Positions 1-7,410 of a stretch of DNA of 64,000 nt are shown in pieces. A program made the position numbers and the translations under genes. The notes under the pieces were generated by a model, which saw nothing but the letters and a program-made list of their open reading frames with translations, ran no database searches and was not told where the DNA came from. This DNA comes from Thermoleophilia bacterium (GTDB lineage Bacteria; Actinomycetota; Thermoleophilia; Gaiellales; Gaiellaceae). The stretch spans positions 1,508 through 65,507 of the forward strand of contig SHVL01000003.1 of the NCBI GenBank assembly GCA_009694305.1. The letters are read 5' to 3'. How positions within the stretch are numbered: the stretch's first letter is position 1; each line of letters opens with the position of its first letter.

Positions 1-257
1 GGAAGCGCGAGGAGGCCGCGGCCGAGCCCGAGGCACGTGAAGCAGATTTCGTGGAGGGGCTCTCGCCTGCCCTCCAGACTGCCCTCGCGACCCTCAGTGT
101 CGGCGAGCGCGAAGTTCTTGCTCTCCGGATCGTGATCGAGCTCGACGGCGACCAGACCGCCCGCGTGCTCGGGATCAGCCCGACCGCCGTTTCGACCCGG
201 CTCAGCCGGGCGCTCCACAAACTCGAAGAGAAGGTGAGGAACGATGACCTCCGCTGA
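1..257 (+). CDS. ECF-type sigma-70 factor, C-terminal fragment (5' end outside window)
   Basis: The reading frame is open from the window edge. The C-terminus LSVGEREVLALRIVIELDGDQTARVLGISPTAVSTRLSRALHKLEEKV looks like a sigma-70 region 4 helix-turn-helix. Confidence 0.75.
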   Translation, partial: KREEAAAEPEAREADFVEGLSPALQTALATLSVGEREVLALRIVIELDGDQTARVLGISPTAVSTRLSRALHKLEEKVRNDDLR

Positions 258-1308
258 GCTGATCACCGAGCTGCAGGCCACGAGGCCCGCTGCCGACGGC
301 GTGCTGCGGGACCGCGTCCGGGCGATCGCCGCCACCGAATCGGTACGGCGGCCGTCTCCCTTTGCCCGCCTTTCGCGCTACTCGCCACGACGATTCGCAC
401 TCGTCGTCCTCCCTGCGACAGCGGTTGTCCTTCTCGCCGTGGCCGGGATTGCAGGGCTGCTCGATTCGGGCTCGCAGCCGGGTGGGATCGAGGCGATCAA
501 CAGCGACTTCTCCTCGCGGAGCCCGGCCGTCCCGGGGAGCGCGGCCACGACCGCACAGGGGAAGATTGCTCCCAATCTCGAGAAGGGGGTAGCCGCTGCC
601 GATACCGCCGTACCCGCGCCGACATCGGGCCGGGCAGAGCGCTACTCCGCGCAGCTCACGCTCTCGGTGAACGACATCGACGCCCTCTCGGCTGCCACCC
701 AGCAGGCCCTGCGCATCACGCGCGACCTCGGCGGCTACCTCGTCACCGCTTCGTATGCGACAACCGACTCCGGCACGTCGTCCCTGACCTTGAAGGTGCC
801 GACAGCGAACGTGCAACAGGCGATCGTGCGACTCTCGGGTCTCGGCAAGATCGTGGCTCAGCAGGTGCAGATCTACGACCTGCAGGGACAGGTGGACGAG
901 CTGACGAAGCGGGAGAACGCTTTGCGTCTCCAGATCATCCGCCTGTCTGCGCGGCTCGCCACAACCGACCTCGACGCGGAGACCCGGGCCACGCTCGAAG
1001 TACGCCGCGCTGCAGCGAGTAGCGCACTTGCTCAGGTGCGGGGCGCGAGCGCCCAGGTCAACGCCGAGGCGCGCTTCGCGACGATCGCGCTGATGATGCA
1101 GACCACGCAGTCCTCCGCGGCGGTGCCCGTCCCGTCACGCTTCGACAACGCGTTCGGGCGTGCCGTCGAGATCCTTGCCGTCGAGGCGATGGTCGTCCTC
1201 TACGCTCTCGTGATCGTCGGCCCGCTGGCGCTCCTCGCGTTGCTCGGATGGCTCACGCGGCGCGCGCTCAGGCGCCATCAGGACGCGCAGTTGCTCTCGG
1301 CGCAGTAG
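244..1308 (+). CDS. Membrane protein coupled to the sigma factor (DUF4349-like, possible anti-sigma partner)
   Basis: The 354-aa ORF starts 14 nt inside the sigma gene. It has a TM segment (FALVVLPATAVVLLAVAGIAGLL), a Q/L/A-rich coiled-coil-like middle and a C-terminal hydrophobic pair. The family name is recalled from memory. Confidence 0.5.
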   Translation: MTSAELITELQATRPAADGVLRDRVRAIAATESVRRPSPFARLSRYSPRRFALVVLPATAVVLLAVAGIAGLLDSGSQPGGIEAINSDFSSRSPAVPGSAATTAQGKIAPNLEKGVAAADTAVPAPTSGRAERYSAQLTLSVNDIDALSAATQQALRITRDLGGYLVTASYATTDSGTSSLTLKVPTANVQQAIVRLSGLGKIVAQQVQIYDLQGQVDELTKRENALRLQIIRLSARLATTDLDAETRATLEVRRAAASSALAQVRGASAQVNAEARFATIALMMQTTQSSAAVPVPSRFDNAFGRAVEILAVEAMVVLYALVIVGPLALLALLGWLTRRALRRHQDAQLLSAQ

Positions 1309-1344
1309 AGAGCCGAGGGGCCTGCTCGGGCGCGTGGCCCCGCC

Positions 1345-1920
1345 CTACGGAGCTTTCACGTCGAACGTCGCGATCAATGCCTCCGCCACGACCTTGAGCG
1401 GCCGGCCCGAGATCTGGCTCGCTTTCCGCAGCCGTGCGAACGCATCCTGTTCGCTCAATCCTTCGCGCTTCATGAGCAAGCCCTTCGCCCGCTCGATCGC
1501 CTTGCGTGCGGCAAGCGCCTCGGTGAGCGAGTCGGCCTCCTCGCGGAGTGCCGCCAGCTCGTCGTGCCGGGCACGTGCAGTTGCAATCGCGGGGAGGAGA
1601 TCGGTCTCCCGAAACGGCTTCACGAGATAGCCGAAGACACCGGCCTCGACCGCCCGCGAGACGAGCTCCTGCTCACCATAGGCGGTCACCATCACGATCG
1701 GGATTGGGCGCTCCTCGAGGATGCGCCTCGCCGCCTCGATCCCGTCCAGTTTCGGCATTTTCACGTCGAGCAGAGCGAGATCGGGCTCGAGCGTGCGGGC
1801 AAGCATGACCGCCTCCTCTCCGTCCTTCGCCTCTGCGCACACGTCAAAACCGGCCTTCTCGAGCATCGCTCGCAGGTCGAGCCTGATGATCGTCTCGTCT
1901 TCAGCGATCAGGATGCGCAT
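1345..1920 (-). CDS. pdtaR: Response regulator with receiver plus ANTAR RNA-binding output domain (PdtaR-like)
   Basis: The N-terminal receiver reads MRILIAEDETIIRLDL...LLDVKMPKLDG...KP. The C-terminus AARKAIERAKGLLMKREGLSEQDAFARLRKASQISGRPLKVVAEALI is a typical ANTAR domain. Confidence 0.9.
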   Translation of the reverse strand: MRILIAEDETIIRLDLRAMLEKAGFDVCAEAKDGEEAVMLARTLEPDLALLDVKMPKLDGIEAARRILEERPIPIVMVTAYGEQELVSRAVEAGVFGYLVKPFRETDLLPAIATARARHDELAALREEADSLTEALAARKAIERAKGLLMKREGLSEQDAFARLRKASQISGRPLKVVAEALIATFDVKAP

Positions 1921-3340
1921 CGTCGTCCTTTCGCAGGCTTGCCGGGAACCGGACCTCGGCGTGCAGACCGTGGTCGTCTACGAGCGTCAGCTCTCCACCG
2001 AGCTCGTCACGCACGAGGGCGCGGACGATGGAGAGACCCGTACTGTCGGGCGCGGCCTGGATGCCGTCTCCGTCGTCGGCGATCGCAAGCACGACATCCC
2101 CGTCGCACCCCGTCAACGCGATCGAGATCGCCCCCCCGCCATGCTCGAGCGCATTACCGAACAGCTCGGTGAAGACGAGTGCGAGCGAGGTCGCCCGTTG
2201 GCCCGCGAGCGACAGTGGCTCGAGCGAGGAGCTGACGTCCTTTCCGACGACGAGCCCCTGCACGAGCATCGCGCGGAGCCGGTCGATCAGCTCGTCGAGA
2301 TCGACGTCGTCCTCCCGATGTTCGGTCAGTACCTCGTGGACGGCGGCAATCGCAAGAATCCGGTTGACCGAATCGCCGAGCGCCTTCTGGGGATCGACGT
2401 CCTCGGTACGAGCCTGCAGGCGCAGGAGCGACGCGACCGTCTGCAGGTTGTTCTTGACCCGGTGGTGGATCTCCTGAGCAAGCACCCCGCGCAGCGCCAT
2501 GCGGCCGTGTTCGAGAGCCACGGCAGCCTGGCTCGCAATCGCCTCGAGGAGCTGGCGGTCGTCGTCGGAGAACGGGATGTCGCGGTCAACGACGAGCTCC
2601 CCGATCGTGCGACCCCGCCAGCGCAGCGGCAGCCGCACTGCGTGCGTGCCGGCCCGCCCTTCCGGCCAGGCGATACGCCCGTCCTCGAGCACGATCGCGG
2701 CCCCGGTAGCGTTCATCGACTCGACCGTCGTCTGCACGATCGCCTCGAGCGACTCCTCGAGATAGAGCGACTCCGAGACGGCCTTCGAGATCCGGGCGAG
2801 CGCTTCGAGCTCGTGCACACGCCGTTGCGCCTGCGCGTAGAGCTGTGCATGCTCGATTGACTGTGCCACCTGCCCCGCAATCGTCATCAGCAGGCCGACC
2901 TCTGCCTGCGAGAAGGAACGCGGTTCACGTGTGCGGACGTTGAGCGCGCCCTCAAGCTTGTCCCGCGCCAGGATCGGGACGGCGAGGATCGATGCGTACT
3001 CGTCCTCGGGCAGGTTCGGGAACGACTTGAAGCGCGGATCGAGATGTGCGTCGGCGGCGATCATCACGGGAGCCCTGTCTGCGGCAGCCGCACCCGTGAT
3101 GCCTTCGCCGCGGCGCATCCGCGGGCTCGTCGTCGCATTCTCCACGCTCGTGCCGTGGGTCGCGCGCAGCACGAGCTCGTCGGTTCGCTCGTCGTAGAGG
3201 TAGACGTACGCGGAGTCGGTTTCGAGCGCTGCGGCTACCTCGTGCGCAATCGCCTCCATCACCTCCTGCAGGTCGAGCGAGGAGTTGACGACCTCGGTCG
3301 TGCGGGTGAGGAGCGCGAGGTGCCGGGCGGCGTCGTCCAC
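1901..3340 (-). CDS. pdtaS: GAF-domain sensor histidine kinase (HisKA_2 / PdtaS-like)
   Basis: It has N-terminal GAF-like repeats, the H-box EIHHRVKNNLQTVASLLRLQ and an HATPase region (FGNALEHG...DDGDGI). Its end overlaps the pdtaR start by 20 nt. The start codon is GTG. Confidence 0.85.
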   Translation of the reverse strand: MDDAARHLALLTRTTEVVNSSLDLQEVMEAIAHEVAAALETDSAYVYLYDERTDELVLRATHGTSVENATTSPRMRRGEGITGAAAADRAPVMIAADAHLDPRFKSFPNLPEDEYASILAVPILARDKLEGALNVRTREPRSFSQAEVGLLMTIAGQVAQSIEHAQLYAQAQRRVHELEALARISKAVSESLYLEESLEAIVQTTVESMNATGAAIVLEDGRIAWPEGRAGTHAVRLPLRWRGRTIGELVVDRDIPFSDDDRQLLEAIASQAAVALEHGRMALRGVLAQEIHHRVKNNLQTVASLLRLQARTEDVDPQKALGDSVNRILAIAAVHEVLTEHREDDVDLDELIDRLRAMLVQGLVVGKDVSSSLEPLSLAGQRATSLALVFTELFGNALEHGGGAISIALTGCDGDVVLAIADDGDGIQAAPDSTGLSIVRALVRDELGGELTLVDDHGLHAEVRFPASLRKDDDAHPDR

Positions 3341-3341
3341 G

Positions 3342-3815
3342 TCAGTCGAGATACGAGAGAGCGATCACGCCGAGGATCGGCACGGCAATCGTCAGCGAAA
3401 AGGTGAACCAGCCGACGATGATCAGCCGTCGCCGGGTCGCCGGAGCCCGAATGTCCTTCTCACGCGTCTCCCGCTGCAACCGTGGCCCGAGCTCGTAGTC
3501 GTGGATAAGCGCGCCGATGACGAGAAATACGACGAGCACGGACTTGACGATCAGCGTACGATCGAAGTCGGTAGAGAACGCAGCCGGGTCGAACGCTCCA
3601 TGGAGATGGGTGAGCCAGAGTCCCGAGAGGATTGCCACGCCCATCGCGCTCCACCCGAGCGGGCGCCAGCGGCGGCCGAGAGCCTTCAGCGCAACCGCAC
3701 GTGCCTCCCCCTCGAGTTTGCGGATCGCGGGGACGCCGACGAAGACGAGCACGATCGTGCCGCCGACCCAGACCGTGGCCGACATGAGATGGACGATGCG
3801 GAGAACGGTCAGCAT
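3342..3815 (-). CDS. Integral membrane protein, 4 predicted TM (CopD-like HLxxxxxWxGG N-terminus)
   Basis: The 157-aa hydrophobic ORF stops 1 nt before the kinase start, making it the first gene of the kinase/regulator operon. Its function is unknown. Confidence 0.5.
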   Translation of the reverse strand: MLTVLRIVHLMSATVWVGGTIVLVFVGVPAIRKLEGEARAVALKALGRRWRPLGWSAMGVAILSGLWLTHLHGAFDPAAFSTDFDRTLIVKSVLVVFLVIGALIHDYELGPRLQRETREKDIRAPATRRRLIIVGWFTFSLTIAVPILGVIALSYLD

Positions 3816-4014
3816 TGACGCAGGCTATCGACGCCGTTACCGGGTGAGAGCGAGATCGTGCCCTAACGACCACGGGCCCCTCATCGGGAACCCGCGATCG
3901 GCCGTCAGTCGCAAGCGAGCCACTCGCCTCGAAGCTCGGCTTGCACGTTCGATACTGCCCCTTTTCGCGCACGATGTCCAGTCGGATCGTTCGACATACC
4001 TGCCTGCGGACGAC

Positions 4015-5451
4015 CTACAGTGCGGCGAGGTAGCGGTCGAGCTCCCACTGCGACACCTGCATCCGGTACTCGTCCCACTCGGTCCGCTTGAGCTCGACAT
4101 ACCGTGGGAAGATGTGGTCGCCGAGCGCCTTCCGCATCAGCTCCGAGCCTGCGCACTCCTCGACGGCCTCTCCCAGCGAGCCCGGCAGCGCCTCGATGCT
4201 CTGCTCCTGGCGCTCCTCGTCGGTGAGCCGGTACAGGTTGGTCGTCATCTCGGGCGGCAGTACGTAGCCCTTCTCGATCCCCTCGAGGCCTGCATGCAGC
4301 AGGGCTGCGAAGGCGAGGTACGGGTTACAGGCCGGATCCGGGCAGCGAATCTCTGCCCGGGTTCCCTGCTCGGAGCCCGGCTTGTAGAGCGGGATCCTGA
4401 TCAGAGCCGTGCGGTTCCGCTGCGACCACGCCACGTACACCGGCGCCTCGTAGCCCGGCACGAGCCGCTTGTAGGAGTTGACCCATTGGGCCAGCACGGC
4501 CGACAACTCGCGGGCATGGATGAGGATTCCTGCGATGAACGACTTCGCCGTGTCGGACAGGTGGTTCGGGTCATTCGCGTCGAAGAACCTGTTGCGGCCA
4601 CCCTTGAACAGCGACATGTGCGTGTGCATCCCCGAGCCGTTCTCGCCAAACAGCGGCTTCGGCATGAAGGTGGCGTAGTAGCCGTGCCACGCGGCGACTT
4701 CCTTGACGACGATCCGGTAGGTCATCGTCTTGTCGGCCATCGAGAGCGCGTTGTCGTACCGCATGTCGATCTCGTGCTGGGACGGGGCGACCTCGTGATG
4801 GTGATACTCGATCTGGATCCCGACCGACTCGAGGGCGGTGATCGTGTCGTTGCGTACCTCGGTGGCCGCGTCCTGCACGGTCATCGCGAAGTAGCCACCC
4901 TCGTCGATCGTCTCGGTTCCCTTGTCGTTCTCGAACAGGAAGTACTCGAGCTCCGGCCCGACGTTGAACGTGTCGAAGCCCATCTTCTTCATCCGCTCGA
5001 GAGCGAGCTTGAGGATGTAGCGCGGGTCACCCTCGTAGGGTGTGCCGTCGGGCTTGACGATGTCGCAGATCATCCGCCCGACCTTTGCGCCCAGCTCGTG
5101 CCCGTGGTTGTCTACCGGGCGCGGCATGATCTCGAACGTCAGCGGGTCGGGGATCGCGACCATGTCCGACTCCTCGATCCGGTTGAACCCGGTAATCGAC
5201 GAGCCGTCGAAGCCCATCCCGTCGTCGAGTGCTCCCGCCATCTCGTTGGGCGTGATCGCGAACGACTTGAGGTGGCCCTCGATGTCGGTGAACCAGAAGA
5301 GGACGTGCTCGACACCCTCGTCCTTGATCCGCTTCAACACAGCGCGGCGCGCGGTGAAGCTCGATGTTGCCCTGTCCTTGCTCGTCACCTGCGCCGGTCG
5401 CTTCGCCGGTCGCTTCGCCGGTGCTGCGGCAGTGGTTCGTGGTCGCGCCAT
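4015..5451 (-). CDS. glnA: Glutamine synthetase type I with about 40-aa basic N-terminal extension
   Basis: GS motifs are present: FWFTDIEGHLKSF, NGSGMHTHMSLF and NRTALIRIP. I chose the ATG at 5451 because the SD GGGAGGAG (5458-5465) lies 6 nt upstream. The 591-aa track ORF extends further but lacks coding character. Confidence 0.9.
   Translation of the reverse strand: MARPRTTAAAPAKRPAKRPAQVTSKDRATSSFTARRAVLKRIKDEGVEHVLFWFTDIEGHLKSFAITPNEMAGALDDGMGFDGSSITGFNRIEESDMVAIPDPLTFEIMPRPVDNHGHELGAKVGRMICDIVKPDGTPYEGDPRYILKLALERMKKMGFDTFNVGPELEYFLFENDKGTETIDEGGYFAMTVQDAATEVRNDTITALESVGIQIEYHHHEVAPSQHEIDMRYDNALSMADKTMTYRIVVKEVAAWHGYYATFMPKPLFGENGSGMHTHMSLFKGGRNRFFDANDPNHLSDTAKSFIAGILIHARELSAVLAQWVNSYKRLVPGYEAPVYVAWSQRNRTALIRIPLYKPGSEQGTRAEIRCPDPACNPYLAFAALLHAGLEGIEKGYVLPPEMTTNLYRLTDEERQEQSIEALPGSLGEAVEECAGSELMRKALGDHIFPRYVELKRTEWDEYRMQVSQWELDRYLAAL
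5399..5422. repeat. Perfect 12-bp tandem duplication (cgcttcgccggt x2) inside the glnA 5' end
   Basis: Read directly from the sequence. It encodes AKRP-AKRP in the N-terminal extension. Confidence 0.9.
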
Positions 5452-5474
5452 TTCTTGCTCCTCCCGTAAGAACG

Positions 5475-5507
5475 AAAAAAGCCCCAGGCGCAAACAGCGC
5501 CTGAGGC
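5475..5507 (-). terminator. Intrinsic-terminator-like hairpin in the glnA 5' leader
   Basis: The minus strand reads GCCTCAGGCGC-TGTTT-GCGCCTGGGGC followed by TTTTTT. The stem is 11 bp including one G.U pair. It lies about 25 nt upstream of the glnA ATG, and there is no upstream same-strand gene for it to terminate. Confidence 0.7.
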
Positions 5508-5518
5508 TCCATTGCCTC
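5503..5518 (-). promoter_or_regulatory. Hexaloop hairpin overlapping the glnA leader terminator (ANTAR-substrate-like)
   Basis: The minus strand reads GAGGC-AATGGA-GCCTC. The loop has A at position 1 and G at position 4. The 3' arm is the first 5 nt of the terminator 5' arm. Confidence 0.35.
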
Positions 5519-5683
5519 GAAATCGACACACGTAGGATAGCAGGGCAGAGCGGCGGCTGCGGCGCTCCCGTTACCGCACCGCCGGAATCCCCTCGGCCGA
5601 CGCCGGACTCGACCTGCTTGCGGGACACGCCGGGCTCGGCTACGCTGTGATCTCCGGAGGGGACGACGAAGGCTTCTCCGTGT

Positions 5684-5695
5684 GGCAACGATGCC
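5684..5695 (+). promoter_or_regulatory. Hexaloop hairpin overlapping the P-II leader terminator (ANTAR-substrate-like)
   Basis: The plus strand reads GGC-AACGAT-GCC, with loop A1 and G4. The 3' arm begins the terminator 5' arm. The stem is only 3 bp. Confidence 0.3.
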
Positions 5696-5730
5696 TCAGT
5701 GCTCTCTGCGAGCCCTGGGGCTTTTTGTTG
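5693..5730 (+). terminator. Intrinsic-terminator-like hairpin in the P-II/amt 5' leader
   Basis: The plus strand reads GCCTCAG-T-GCTC-TCTGC-GAGC-C-CTGGGGC followed by TTTTTGTTG. It is followed by the SD GAGGAGG (5738-5744) and the ATG at 5753. Confidence 0.65.
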
Positions 5731-5752
5731 CTCCAACGAGGAGGCCGGGCAG

Positions 5753-6058
5753 ATGATGAAAGTCGAAGCGGTGGTTGTTCGCGACCGCATCGAGACGGTG
5801 ATCGAGGCAGTGGGTCACGGACGCGAGAAAGGGATTACCCACGAGTACCGGGGTCGCGTGTTCGAGTCGCGCTTCCTGCCGAAGGCTCTGATGACCTTCG
5901 TCGTTCCCGCTGGGATTGTGGACGGCGTGATTGACGCCATCGTGGATGCTGCGCGCACCGGCCGCGCGAGTGGAGACGGCATCTGCTGGGCTTCTCCTGT
6001 AGGCCGCGTGACCCACAACCGAACAGGAGCAAGGCTGGGCGAGGTGGGCGAGGTATGA
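5753..6058 (+). CDS. P-II (GlnB/GlnK) family-like protein, shortened (101 aa)
   Basis: The sequence reads MKVEAVV..., GHGREKGITHEYRG, FLPK and GDGICW...RTG, which parallels the canonical P-II order. About 14 residues corresponding to strand beta2 are absent. Its stop overlaps the amt ATG (ATGA). Confidence 0.6.
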   Translation: MMKVEAVVVRDRIETVIEAVGHGREKGITHEYRGRVFESRFLPKALMTFVVPAGIVDGVIDAIVDAARTGRASGDGICWASPVGRVTHNRTGARLGEVGEV

Positions 6059-7381
6059 CCGTCAAGGAGCTGGGATTCGCAGCGAGCACGATCTGGGTCG
6101 TCCTCGCGGCCATCCTCGTGATCTTCATGCAGGCGGGGTTCGCGCTCCTCGAGGCGGGCCTGACCCGGATGAAGAACGTCGGTCACATAGCGGCGAAGAA
6201 CGTCCTCATCCTCGCCATCGTCTCGATCGTCTACTACCTCGTCGGCTTTGGAATCGCTTTCGGCGACGGGGGCAACGGCTTCGCCGGTGGCTCCGGCTCC
6301 TTCCCGTCGGTCGATGATCTCCTCTCGATCGGCCAGGCTCCGTTCTCGTGGTTCAGCGCCATCCCCGGTGCGGCGGGCTACCTGTTCGAGGTGGCCTTCG
6401 CCGCCGTCTCGCTTACGATCGTCTGGGGCGCTATGGCAGAACGGACAAAGCTCTGGGTCTACTTCGCGTTCGGCGCCGTCTTCACGCTGATCTATTCCCT
6501 CGTCTCGCACTGGATCTGGAGCCCCGAGGGGTGGCTGTTCTCGCGGGGATGCAGGACTTCGCCGGCTCGACCGTCGTCCACTATCAGGGCGCACCCGCAG
6601 GACTCGCAGGGGCGATCCTGCTCGGGCCGAGGCTCGGAGTTCGGCTCCGACGGCAAGCCCAACACGATCCCGGGGCACAACATGGCGTTCACGACGCTCG
6701 GCGTGCTGATCCTCTGGTTCGGCTGGTTCGGCTGGTTCGGCTTCAGCCCGGGCTCGACGCTCTCGGTTGACTTCGGCGGCGTCGGCTTCTTCGCCTACGT
6801 GGCGTTGAACACGAACCTCGCCGCGGCGGCCGGTGTGCTCGGTGCGGTCGTCACGTCGTGGATCGTCGTCAAGAAGCCCGACCTCTCGATGATGCTGAAC
6901 GGCGCCGTGGGCCGCAATCGTGATCGGGTTCGCCTCGGGAATCGTCGTCGTCGGCTCGCTCTTCGTCGAGAAGATCGGGATCGACGATCCGGTCGGGGCG
7001 ATCGCGGCTCACGGCATGTCGGGTGTCCGGGGCACGCTTTCGCTCGGGTTCCTGGCGGTGCCGAAGCTGGCAGACAAGCTCGCGACGGGCAAGGGTGGCC
7101 TGTTCTACGGCGGCGGCTTCCACCAACTCGGGACCCAGGCCGTCGGCCTCCTCGCGGTCGGCGCGTTCACGTTCACGCTTTCGTTCGGCATCCTGCTGCT
7201 CTTCAAGGTGACGGTCGGGATCAGGACGGATCCGGAGCACGAGCAGATGGGCCTCGACGTCTCCGAGCACGGCATGTGGGGCTGTCCCGAGTTCTACATC
7301 CCCGTACCGGGTGGCTACGGCACCGAGCATGGACACCTCGTGACACAGCAGGTCAGAGTCCCGGCGGCCGGTCTCGAGTAG
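6055..7381 (+). pseudogene. amt: Ammonium transporter (Amt) gene with multiple frame disruptions
   Basis: Amt homology starts in frame 1 (to about 6548). It moves to frame 3 (MQDFAGSTVVHYQGAPAGLAGAILLGPRLG, 6549-6638), returns to frame 1 (FGSDGKPNTIPGHNMAF...WFGWFGWFGF...MLNGAVG), then moves to frame 2 from about 6902 (APWAAIVIGFASG...DDPVGAIAAHGMSG...) until the stop at 7381. Confidence 0.7.
6714..6740. repeat. Three perfect tandem copies of ctggttcgg inside amt
   Basis: Read directly from the sequence. It encodes WFG-WFG-WFG where the Amt signature normally has WFGWFGF, so there is one extra unit. Confidence 0.85.
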
Positions 7382-7410
7382 GCCGCCGGGACGCTCTCTT
7401 CGACTCGTTT

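Noticed and set aside
5512-5600. GlnR (gTnAc-n6-GaAAc) or TnrA (TGTNA-N7-TNACA) boxes in the glnA / P-II intergenic region.
   Set aside because: The best candidates (GTTACCGCACCGCCGGAATC and TGCCTCGAAATCGACACA) miss several invariant positions.
5452-5790. Longer glnA start (591-aa ORF).
   Set aside because: The extension would run through the leader hairpin and U-tract and lacks an SD. The ATG at 5451 has a strong SD.
6540-6912. Possibility that the amt frame changes are programmed frameshifts.
   Set aside because: I see no slippery heptamer or stimulatory structure. There are three changes in different directions, plus a deletion of conserved residues, which points to lesions or errors rather than recoding.
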